Assembly (NCBI GenBank): GCA_013265495.1
Contig: MU058584.1
Span: 5,152,508-5,216,507 of the forward strand
Direction: 5' to 3'
DNA: 64,000 bases
From: Vicugna vicugna
Lineage: Eukaryota
The notes under the pieces are model-generated. The model had not been told where the DNA came from and ran no database searches. It saw nothing but the letters and a program-made list of their open reading frames with translations. The position numbers and the translations under genes were made by a program. Of this stretch, positions 50,654 through 62,160 are shown piece by piece (the first letter of the stretch is position 1; each line of letters starts with the position of its first letter).

Positions 50654-50905
50654 GGGTGGGTACAGCTCAGTGGCAGAGTGCATTCTTAGCATGCAGTAGG
50701 CCCTGGGTTTAATCCCCAGTACCTCCATTAAAAATAAATAAATAATTATAATTAAAAATAATAAAATTTAAATAATAATTAAAATAAATGATAAAATAAA
50801 AATAATTAACAAAATATATATAATATTAAACATATTATATTTAATAAAATTATATGTGAAACTAAAAGTAATAAAAATAATAAAATTATTATAAAAATAA
50901 AAAGC
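50654..50905 (+). mobile_element. tRNA-Ala-derived camelid SINE (Vic-1 type) with a long AT-rich tail
   Basis: GGGTACAGCTCAGTGGCAGAG...CTTAGCATG...GGTTTAATCCCCAGTACCTCC, then about 175 bp of almost pure A/T. Confidence 0.85.
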
Positions 50906-51244
50906 GAATATGCATGGAAGAATAATATCACTTAGTCACTTCATTCCTTACAAATTCTCTTCTTAGCTGCTTCCCTCACTTTCAAAGACCTGGGTCAACA
51001 GGAGTTAAGATGGAACCCAAAGTGAGGGAGGGATAACAGGTCCAAAAGGGGAGAAGAAGCTCTTGAAATGTGCCATAGATTTGTTATTTTTTTATAGCAG
51101 CACCAAGAGGGGAAACGAGGTCTGGTAAGTGTGTGGCTTGCTTCTGCTGTGCAATCAAATCTGATTCTAATATTTTCTGGAGAACTTGATAGAATAATAT
51201 ATAATGACAGTTTTCACTCGTTTGAAGAACTCTGTTTTAGGACC

Positions 51245-51829
51245 TGTGGTAGGCAGTTTTCTAAGGTGGTACCCAGTGACCCACATCCTTGTAGAACCCC
51301 CTCCCCTTGAGAGCGGTGGGAACCTGCGAAGATAATAAAATACCACTCTCCTGATTCTGTTACATTATATGGCAAAGGGATCTTGCTGTTGTTACCAAAG
51401 TCGCAAATGAGTTGATCTTATCCTGGGAGAGGCTGACCCAGTCAGATGAAACTTTGAAAACAGAGAGTTTTCCCTGGCTGGCTTTGAAGGAAGACAGCCA
51501 CATTACGGGCTGCTTACAGAGAAGGGCAGGGGTCTGTGGGAGCAGTGAGTGGACCCTGACTGACAGCTAGTGAGAAAACTTTGCTTTGGTTATACAATCT
51601 CATGAAACTGAATTCTGCCGGCAACCTGAGTGAACTTGGAAGAGGACCTCCCAGAGGAGAACCACAGCCTCAGCTGACACCTTGATTACAGCCTACAAAT
51701 CCTGAGCAGAGGATCCGGCTAAGCTGTGCCCAAACACCTCACCCACGGAAACTGTGAGATAGTAAATGCGTGTTGCTTCAGCGGCGAAGTTTGTGGTGAT
51801 TGGTTACACAGCAATAGAAAGCTAAAACA
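51245..51829 (+). mobile_element. MLT1E/F-like MaLR solo LTR, near full length
   Basis: Starts TGTGGTAGGCAG and ends ...ttacacagcaatagaaagctaaaaCA; internal acagcctcagctgacaccttgattacagcc. Confidence 0.85.
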
Positions 51830-53499
51830 GGCCCTATATTGTCAGATTCTGCATAGTGGCTGATTTTTGCCGAGAACTACAAGCATGCTGAGTTAGAAAT
51901 TTCCATGCGAAGACAGTTTTTATTTATCTGGGTATCCGCAGCATCAAAGTACTTAAACTTCTTTTTTCAGTAGCAATAAAATATTCACTTTTCTCACTCT
52001 GAAAACTCAAAAATAGCTGAACAGATTTTCCTTAGAATTTTCCCAAAATGAAGATTTTTCTCCTGGGCTGAAGTCAGTCTGGGAAATGTTCACTGGGAAA
52101 GAAAAAGAAGCTCAAGTAGTGTAAATAGCTCAAAATACGCTGCATGGTTCTGGGACCACGGGAGCTCTGGAGAAAATTGCTCATTGTTTAGAATAGCAGA
52201 AATGTTTGATCACTGCAGTTGCATGCAAGGTGCCAGAAGTCATAGGCTTGGTGACATTCTAGTCACTCCCAGGAGTAGATGTAGGGCCAAAGATTGAAAC
52301 AACTAAGAGGTCATCCTTTCTTTCTTACTAAATGCGATTCCAAAATAGACTCACACACCCCAAAGGGATTTTCTAAGGGTGCACAGTCCTTCTTTATGGC
52401 TTTAAACAAGAGTGTGTTTAATTCAAAATAACAAGATATACTGTTCAAACTCTTCAGAAAGTAAATTGGTTAACCATCCTCGGACCATATTTACTTGTCT
52501 CTAAAATGAATGTCTGGTCTAATCTCCAAGGTTCCTTTCAGCTCTATGATTCTGTCACAAGAGTCCTCCATTATTTTATCTACCCAGTCTGTCAGTGTTG
52601 TTACACGAGGCTGAATAGGAGAGGCATCCAGTGCATTGGAGGCACTCAACAAATGGGAATTCTTTGTAGTAAGTTATTAAATCACTGTTGGCTGCTGCTG
52701 CAGCTAATGTTGCAAAATATTCCTTCATAAGTCCAATTTTCCAAATCCTTTCATCACCTTTCTAAAGCATTCCAGTTGACTTCGCTTTAATTATGGAGCA
52801 ATTGAAGAAAGCACCAATCCTCTAAAAAGGATTAACTATAATAGGAGAATTCCAAAAAGAGTCTTAACCTTGACCTCCACGTACACATTCTGTTCACAGT
52901 TCCTTGCAGATGTCAGCACTAGATTGATTCCTGTTTTGCTGAATATCTCTGCCAGGTTGCCTCGCCTTCTCTTCAGACTCAACTTACCTCTAATTACATC
53001 ATATATTACTTTTCTTCCCCAAATAGCCCATCTCTGCCAGACAGATTTCTCTATTTCTGTGTTGTCATTGTCTCAATTACTCAATCTTAAAATATTTAAA
53101 TCACTTTTCCCTCTGTCTCATGCTTCTCATCTATACTTACAAAATCCTCTAGATTTTTCTTATTATTTAAGATCAATAACATTTTAATTTTCTAAAAATG
53201 TGCTGAAACCATACCTTTCTGAGTCATTGGGAAATTGTTTTATCCTTTTTACCCCCCATTCTCACTGCTTCTGCTCGAACTTGAGAGCCTTATACTGGGG
53301 GTATTGCACAGCCCTTCTCCCTGTGTCCATGTCTCCTCTCCATTCATCTTACAAAATCCTGCCAGGCTTGTCATCCTGGAACTCTCCATTGTGGCTCTTC
53401 CCTCATTCATTCAAACCACCAAAGTACCTGCACTGCTCACAAAATAAAACCCAAATTCCTTTAGGTTATTTTTCCAGGTTCTTGCCAACCTGACTATGG

Positions 53500-53690
53500 T
53501 TTGGAGTTGAGTTCATAGGCTGGAGTTGCTGTCTTGACTCTGAATCTGGGCAAGTCTTGCATCTCTGCGCCTCAGCTTTCTCTGTTATAAAATTAGTGTC
53601 ATAATCCCTATGCTCTAACAAAGATGTTGTGAACCCAACAATTACATGCAAAGCATGTGCAAACAATATTACATAAAACACACATTAGGG
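53500..53690 (+). mobile_element. MIR SINE
   Basis: ctgggcaagtcttgcatctctgcgcctcagctttctctgttataaaat. Confidence 0.7.
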
Positions 53691-54079
53691 GGTTGAAGAT
53701 TTCTGTCCAACTCTTTGAAAATTGCTTTATAAGCATTCTTTTTTCTACATATTTGCTCACTCTGATCCCTCTGAATAGATTTATGTTTCTTTCCTTTTTT
53801 TTTTCCTGTTTCAGTTGGACTTCTCTTTTAAATTCCAAGTAAATTTAATCTCCCCTGTGAAACTCTCCCCTAATGCATTGACTCTCCCCTAATGGATCAA
53901 TCTATAATCACAACTCTTACAGTACAACACCCCTTGAATTTCTAAAGTCTGCACCACTCATTTGCCACTTAGATTTTGATAACCTAGACCACTTATCTTT
54001 TTCTGTATTCCTTGGATCCCCAGTGAAAATCTGAACTCTTTGAGCAGGGACCTCTTTGCTAGCCCAGTGCCCTGCATGG

Positions 54080-54130
54080 GCAGGCATTCTATAAACGCAG
54101 GCATTCTATAAACGCAGGCATTCTATAAAC
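54080..54130. repeat. Perfect 17-bp tandem repeat x3 (GCAGGCATTCTATAAAC) in an L2 tail
   Basis: Units at 54080-54096, 54097-54113 and 54114-54130. Confidence 0.95.
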
Positions 54131-54689
54131 GTGTGTTGCTGTGGATGACAATGACAACAGCATCTCACCTATAAAGCATAATCACTCTTAGGCAAAGTGG
54201 AGACTTTCAATGTCAATATGTTGACACTCCTGATGAATTCCCAATTAGCATATTGGCAATTACACTTCACAGCTGTATTCACAGGGCACCTCACAATTGT
54301 TCATCAGTTTTGTCAAGATAGCCTCAGGAGGTAAGTGATACAAAACACTCCCTGCCATTCTTGTTTTCTGAGTTGAGAAAAACAAAATACTTTTGTGAGA
54401 TATATTGAGAATCTGCCGTACATTAATTGACATGAGAAAATAAAATAAATTCTTTTTCTTGGCCCCCTGTAACAACTTCTCCAGCAATTTTTTTTCTATA
54501 GGAAATCAAATAGTGACTTATTTGATTTAATTAAACTGCTAGTTGTCCTTGAAGATTGGGAGAGTCTCTAGCCTTCCATTCAAACTGAAATTTTTTACTT
54601 TAATACCCTCCGAAAAGATAATTTTAGTGTGTCTGGGATGCCATATTTGATTTTTGTTTATTGATTTTTCTGATTTAACTAATGCAAAT

Positions 54690-56700
54690 TAAACTTGAAC
54701 TAAGTTGAAGGAATGAAATAATAAAAAAAAACCAGAAAATAATAAAAAATTAGAAAGTAGAAAAATAGATTTAAAAAACAATAAAATTAATAAAACTGAT
54801 AAACTTTTAGTCACCCTAATCAGGAAGCAAAAGGAGACACAATGTGATGATATCAACAAGAGAGGAAGCATCACTATTGAAAGGATAATAAGGAAACATA
54901 AACAGTTTTATGCCAGTAAATTCAATAACTTAGACAAAATGGAAAAATAATTTAAAAAAGCAAACAACCCCCACTCACTCAAGAACAACAGAAAAGATAA
55001 CATGAACAGCTTTTTACCTATGAAGGAAAATGAGCCTATAATTAAAAGTCCTTCCCCAAAGAAAACTCCAAGCCCAGATGATTTTATGGATTAATCCTAC
55101 AAAACAGTTACTGAAGAAGTGATATTAATTTTACACAAACTATTACAGAAAATAAAAGAGGAACACATCTCAACTCTCTGTAACAGGCTAATACTACCCA
55201 AAAATCAAAATCAGAAAAATAAAATGTGAGGAAAACGTGAAGATCAATATACTTCATAACATAAATGGAAAAATTCTTAGCAACCTTTAAGCAAATCAAA
55301 TTTCAAAACATATAAAAAAAATAATACATCATGAAAAATAGAGTTAAGTTCAGGAATGCAAGGTTGCTTTGATAGTCAAAAAAGTAATTGATGGCATTTA
55401 CTATGGTAATAGATAAAAGAGAAAAGTCAAATAATCACCTTAATAGTTGCAGAAAAACTTTGATTTGATAAACTTCAACATCCACACATGATAAAAACTT
55501 TCAGAAAATAAAGGATAGAAAGGAACTTCCTAAACATGGTAAAAGGCATCTACAAAAATCCCTATTTCATTCCATATAAAAAATTAACTTGAAATGGGTC
55601 ATTGGTCTAAATACAAAAGTAAGAGTTAAAACTAAAATTTCTAGAAGAATATAAAGAAAATCTTGTTCATTTGGATTTAGGCAAAGATTTGTAAAATCAG
55701 ACACAAAAAGCACGAACTGTAAGAGAAAAATTGACGGGTTGGACTTCATCAAAACTAAAAAATTCTTCTCTGTAAAAGATACTATTAAGGAAATTAAAAG
55801 TCACAGACTGGGAAAAATGTTTGCAAAACATATATCCAATAAATAACCTTTAATCTATAAAGAACACTACAACAATAAGAAGATAACAACCCAATAAATA
55901 GGGAGATGAGATTTGAATAGACTACACCAAAGAAGATAATACAGATTGCATAGAAGTGACACAAGAAGAGGTTCAACATCATTAGTCATTAGTAAAACAG
56001 GTATTAAAACCACACTGAGTCACCACTTTGAACCCACTAGAATGGCTAAAATTAAAATAATGAAGAATTCCAAGTGTTGGTGAGGGTGTGGAACTCTCAT
56101 GCATGACCGAAGGTACAGCCACTTTGAAAAGGATTTTGGCAGTTCCTTACAAAGTTAACGCTTACCAAATAGTCTACTAATTCCATTCCTACGTATTTAC
56201 CCAAGAGAAATGAAAAAATAGGACCACACAGACTTCTATTCAAATGTTCATAGCAGCTTTATTCATGATGATGAGAAACTTGAAACAACTCAAAATATTC
56301 AACAACTGCTGAATAAAAAATCAAGTTGTAGTTTGTCTATACAATGGACGACCACTAAGAAATACAAAGGAACAAAGTACTGATACATCAAGCAGCATGG
56401 AAGAATCACGAAAGTATTATGCCAGACAGAGAAGCCTATATACAGTATAAGATTCTGTTTATATGAAATGTTAGAAAAGACAAAACTGAATAGTAACAGA
56501 AAGCAGATAGTTGTCGCCAGAGGGCAGGGATTTAGAGGAAGGGAATGCAGAGGGGCACAAGGAAATGTTTTAGGGTGATCAAAATATTCTATATCTTGAT
56601 TATGACAGTGGTTACATGGGGATAAATGTTTGTCAAATCTCATTGAATTGTGCATTACAAGTGGTGAATTTTATTGTATGTAAGTTACACCTCAATAAGG
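54690..56700 (+). mobile_element. Ancient L1 (L1ME/MD-like) ORF2 + 3' UTR with internal deletions
   Basis: aagaaaactccaagcccagatg...caggaatgcaaggttg...tatttacccaagagaaatgaaa...gtaagttacacctcaataa. Confidence 0.85.
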
Positions 56701-58819
56701 CTTCTAGAAGTAACACATACTGATTACAGATAATTTTGTTATATTTCCCTCCTTTTAGATATACTTTTCTATTTTAAAAGCTAAAAAATACGTAAGCTTT
56801 ACTTTCTACTTTCTAACTTGATCTCAAATAATAAACATTCCCCATGTTACCAAACATTTTGAAAAAATTTAATTCCTGCATGATATCCCATTTATAAATA
56901 TGCCACAGTTAATCATTCCCCTATTGGTGGAAATTTAGATTGTTTTCAATTTTTTTCTATACTAATTAATATTCTGATATACTTTCTGTACATATTCTTG
57001 TATATTTGGGGTTTTTTTTTCCTTGATAATAGGTTTTTCAAAGATGCAATTTTCAGGGCAAAGTATAAGAACATTTTAAGGATCTACAGTGTTAAATTGT
57101 TTTCCAGGAAGATTGTACTGATTTAATTCTTGCTAGTAGTATAAAAGGACCAGTTTTACTGCACTCCTGTCAGAAATGAATATTATCATCAAGTATTATT
57201 TGAAATATTTGCTTAAACCTTCCACTTCAGCTTGGTCCTAGTTGGAAAGTCTTCCCTGTACTTCAGTAGATAGAAAGCCAGTCCATATTACTCATCCTCC
57301 TGTGGGAAGGGTCAATTCCATCCATTCCCGAGGATCTGAGCCATTTGCAGACCCTCTGGGTGCTGTGAGAGCCTACTCTGACATCTTCTTCCTCATTCTC
57401 CACAGCCTGAGTCTGTCTCTGTTTCCTGCTTCTGTCTGACTAGGGATCTCTTAATGTGTTTTTGAATCGTCAATATTTACATCATCTTTGGTGCTTAAGA
57501 CTTTTACATAGCACAACGCAGCATATCTGAGCTGTTACACACAGCACCTTTTTTCCTGTGACGTAGCTCAGAAACATAGTATAATTCATCTTCCATAGAG
57601 CACAGCTGTGATTTGTTCTTCATTCTTATTTACCACCCCATCCCCATTTTTCCCCTTAGTTCTCCTCTTATCTTGCCCAAATGGCATCTCTTCCCCACTT
57701 ACAAGCAATGATCATATAAACAGAGAGATGAAAACAGTATAAAAGGAGCCCTCTCCCTTCTGTAGTTAGGCTGGGTCAAAGTTCAGCCCATCTTCCCCAG
57801 ACCCTTCCCTGCTGGACTCAGTGTTCCCTTCCTCCCCCGCCAGGTTAATCCTATGAGGGTCCTGAGTTAGTACTGACCGCTGCTGTCTCAGTTCCATCAG
57901 TTCTGGAGTTGCTTTGAGGCAGGACAGCATTTTATCTCTGATTCAACCTTTGAAACTCACCTTGGGTATCACCTGCTCTGGATTAGAGCTCCCAGGGTGG
58001 CTTGATACCCTTCCTTCCTGTGTGTTCCAGTGGCACCTCTGCTTGCCCTTATTATTATGCACATCCCACTTGACTACAATTGCCTGCTTAAAAGGCAATC
58101 AACCCCATCAGAGATGGGAGCTCCAGGAGGTCAGGGACTAGCCCTTTCGCCTATGTTTTCCTGGTAATTTGCACAGTCCCTGGATTTATGTGAAGCCTCC
58201 TATTTACACTGTTGTCCTCCAATGACCTTCTCTTCACACAGCATCCATGGTGAGCTTTTAAAAAATGTAATCATTCTTTCTCTTTAATTTACTAATTTTT
58301 AGAGTTACGAGGTTGGTGTCCTATTTTGCTGTGGTAGCTACGGATGTATTGGTTTTTGTTTCGGTTGGTGGTTTTGTGGTTCTCCACATGTGTTTGTTTT
58401 TTGTTTGTATCATTATGAACTCACAGACTTTTAAGATATATTCAGTACGAATCAGTCAATTACAGTTTCTCTTGTTTTTGAATTGCCCCATCTTGCACCA
58501 GTGGGAGCTCGCTCAAACTAGCTCCTGGGAGATCTTTACGTCACAGCCTCCCCATCCCACCCCCAGCTTTTTGGGGTAGATTCTTTGCTTACTGGCACTA
58601 CAGAATTTATCATCATCTTGCTTATTTTCAGCCTCAGACTTGGAATCAGCCCTTTCTCACAGAGCTCCGTTTCCTTTCAGGGTATAATGTTACTTACAGA
58701 CCACAACCTGGACTTTATGGATATTCCTTGCCACTGGTTTGTCATGGCATCTAGGATTTTGGAGTGGGACAAGATTAGAGAATATGCATTTATCTTTCCT
58801 GTCCTGTATGCCTATGCTT

Positions 58820-59815
58820 TGGAATAATCAAAAAAGCCCTAGCTGATGAGGAGTTTCTTCTTTAGAGAAGACTGTAGTTATTAAATGTATAAGGGTGAAT
58901 AAAATTGAAACATCACCATTTACAACCACTAATGAAGTAGTTGATTCAGGCAATGAATATCAAAAGATGCTCAAGCCAGTAGGAGAGGATAATAGGGAAC
59001 TTCACAGTGGAACGATCAGGCTACCCCATGTGAACCCAATGATCAATGTTAGCACGTCTCAAAATGAGACAACCAGACATTATGTACTGCATGATGTAAT
59101 GCAGTAAGAAATACACAGTACTGCTGATGAAATATGCTTGACCAAAAAAAAAAAATTTAAACCTGAACTTAATCAAGTTTTAGGTCTAACCTTTAGTTTG
59201 CAGGGCAGTAGGAGAACAAATAAAGAAATTCAGAATTTGGTACAATTTATAGGACAACTAACCTAAGCTTATTCAACAAGTCAAAGGCCAGGGGGGAAAA
59301 AAAAAAGGAGGGAGCAGTGGGATCTGTTGCAAATTAAAAGAGACTTAAAAGGCATTATAATCAAATGCTGCAATGATTGGTCCTCATTTGGATCCTGATT
59401 CAAATAAAACTATTGTAAAACTCTTCTTTGAGATAATTGGGGAAATGTTAAGGTACATTGAATTAGATGTTATTAATTTTTGTGACTTCTGTTAGGTGTG
59501 TTAACAGAATTGTAGTTATGTAAGAAAATGTCTCCTTTAAAAGAAATATATTTATGGAAATATTTAGGATTAAGATGACATGATAGGGATTTGCTTTAAA
59601 ATAAATCACTGAAAGAAAAGGGAAGGATAGAAAGAAAGAAGGAGAGGAAAAGGAAGGAAAGAGGGAAAGAAAAGGAAGAATGGAGGGAGGGGAGAGAGGA
59701 AGACAGGTAAAAATATTGATAAACTATGGAAACCTGAGATGAGCTCTCAGAAGGAATAGTCAAACTGTTCTCTCTACTTTGGTGTATATTTAACATTTTT
59801 CTTTTAAAACTTTTG
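58820..59815 (+). mobile_element. Old L1 3' UTR (L1MC4/5- or L1ME-like)
   Basis: aacatcaccatttacaaccactaatgaa...gagacaaccagacattatg...tttggatcctgattcaaataaa. Confidence 0.65.
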
Positions 59816-60699
59816 AACACACATTATATTACATCATTCCCCTATTTATTTTCCCAATTTGACATATTATTATATGAGTGTGTCTGTTAGGAGCCATGGG
59901 CAGATAGGTGCGCATTCAGACATGTACAAAAAACAAAGAGAAAGTCATCTGTGGTCATGCTGTCCAGTAATAACCAGCATCACCGCTGAGGTCTATTCTC
60001 TTCCAGGCTTTCTTCACATTCATACCAACAATGGCTATTATTCTATGCTGTCAGTTCAAATGGCTTATCCTTGGTGTCGTAGGTGGCATTGCATTCTTTA
60101 CTAGAGATGCAGAACATCCTCTCATAGGTTCATTGGCTATTTGTATTTCTTCTTTTGTGAATTACTTGCTTTGAGGGTCTTATCATTTATATTACAAACT
60201 TATCTTTCTACAGTTGCTGCATAGTTGCATAGAAATGTGCACAGACCACATGGCATAACCGTTAACAGGAAAAGATGAAGGAGCCACTGAAATTTGGCAG
60301 CTCTGAAGATTTCAGTGTTTGGTATCTCAAGACCCAGCCCAGCCTCCTTGATTCTCCAGGCAACCGTGTTGCACAACCCCAGAGAGCACCATTCACCTAA
60401 AGACAGTGTTCTGCCCTATTCTGGAAGGATAAATAGGGAACTGGTTGGAGAGTCCCAGCTTTTCTTGGCTGCAAACCTCTGACGGAGATAAAATATAAAA
60501 CAAGGCTGGCAAGTAGGAGAAATTTAAAATATGGAATACATTTTGATGAAAAAAATAAAGAAATGTGACTAACCATCAGAGAGGTTTAGTTATTAAAAGA
60601 TTCTGTTGTTGTTGTTCAAAGAGCATTAGTTTCAGAAAGGTGGTTAGAGCACAAAGAAACTATAATCAGGTGTCACTCAACCTCAGCCAAGCATGGCAG

Positions 60700-61930
60700 G
60701 ATCCTTTACTGCTCTGAGTTATGGTTAAGGCATCTCTTCCACGTTCTTATATTTGTTTCCTTTGTTTTCCATTCTGTGATCGCTTTCTGCCCTTGTCTTA
60801 AATATTGCCATTCCCCAAAGTTCCATGCTTCAACTCTCTCTATTAACATAGTGCACATTTCTCTCCAGTGCTCATTCACATCCATGCCTTCAGGCCCTTT
60901 GTATATACTGATGACCTTTCAAATCTAGACCTTTGAATCAGATTCTTCTTCTACTCTCTAGAGCTATGCATCCAACGTTCTTTTGTACATCTCCACATCA
61001 ATGCCCAATGTCCGCTTTAAACCTTGTACGTCAAAACCGTTCATCATTATCCCCTCGACACACCTCAGTAAATGACACCATCGCCTACCCATTTGCCCAA
61101 GTTAGAAATATGGAGCTCATTTTGGGTTCCACTCTCTCCCTTGTCTTATTAAATACAGCATCCAAGTTCTACCTACTTAGCATATCCTGTATCTATCTCC
61201 TTCTCTTCAGTTTCACTCCCACTGTCACACATAAATTACTAGTATAGACTCTTAAATCCTCTCTCTATGTATAATCTTGTCTTCTCTACCACACCACCCA
61301 TCTATGTCTGATACCATCATCCTGAATCATAAATTGGATAGGGTGACTCTCTGCTTGTCTTCAGAATCCTTCAATACAGTCACTAGAGGAATTTGATTAA
61401 TTTTTAATTATTGGTCAATAAGGTAACATTTTTTAAAATGTCAACATGGCTACAATTTAACTTTGAAGAATAAAATCCAAACTCCTTCGACAGTACGCAG
61501 GACCTTTTTGAGCTCTCTGCCAATCTTTCCAATCACATCTCCAGCCTCTTAGCCCCCGTATCTATGCCCCAGCCTTGCTGAACTATTTGCAATTCCAGGA
61601 AGGTTCCACATGCTATCTTTTCTCCATGCCAGTGCTCTGGTAGTTCCCTCTACCTAAATGTCTTGTTACCTCCGGCTCATTTTTCAAGTCTCACTTTGTT
61701 CATCACCTTCCAAAACATTGATTAGTTTTCTCGAGGCTGTGTGATATTACAGGATTCACACACATTTTTATGATAGCTCTCATCATACTGTGTAATATTT
61801 TTCTGTTCATTTGTCTGTCTCCCTAACTAGGTGCTAATTTCCTTAAGCAAACATATTCGGCCTTACATCTTATATCTCATTCATCTTTGAATCCCTAGGA
61901 CCTAGCCTAGTACCTGGTTCAAAAAGACTA
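60700..61930 (+). mobile_element. L2 long fragment
   Basis: tatactgatgacctttcaaatct...cccatttgcccaagttagaaa...aataaaatccaaactcctt...cctagtacctgg. Confidence 0.7.
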
Positions 61931-61989
61931 TGCAAAAAGTGGGAAAAAAGAAAGAATAAATAAACTATTCAAAATATTTTAATTTCCGT

Positions 61990-62160
61990 TCTTGATATTT
62001 ATTGCTCTAATACGAAACTCCCTAAAATTTAGTGACTTGAAACAACAATTTACTATTATCTTTCTCTAAGTTGACTGGCTCAGTTGGGTGGCTCTTGCTC
62101 AGGGTCTTCCATGCAGATGCTACCAGGTGGTAGCTGGGGTTGGGGTCATATGAAGTCTCT
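61990..62160 (-). mobile_element. MLT1-like LTR fragment, antisense
   Basis: tattgct...ccctaaaatttagtgacttgaaacaacaattt...ggctcagttgggtgg. Confidence 0.65.

Noticed and set aside
49794..50712. Cluster of 74-154 aa ORFs in several frames
   Set aside because: Expected stop-codon scarcity in a CpG island; the products are Arg/Pro/Gly/Ala-rich and not recognisable.
54080..54130. Direct repeats superficially like a CRISPR array
   Set aside because: No spacers, eukaryotic context; a simple tandem triplication.
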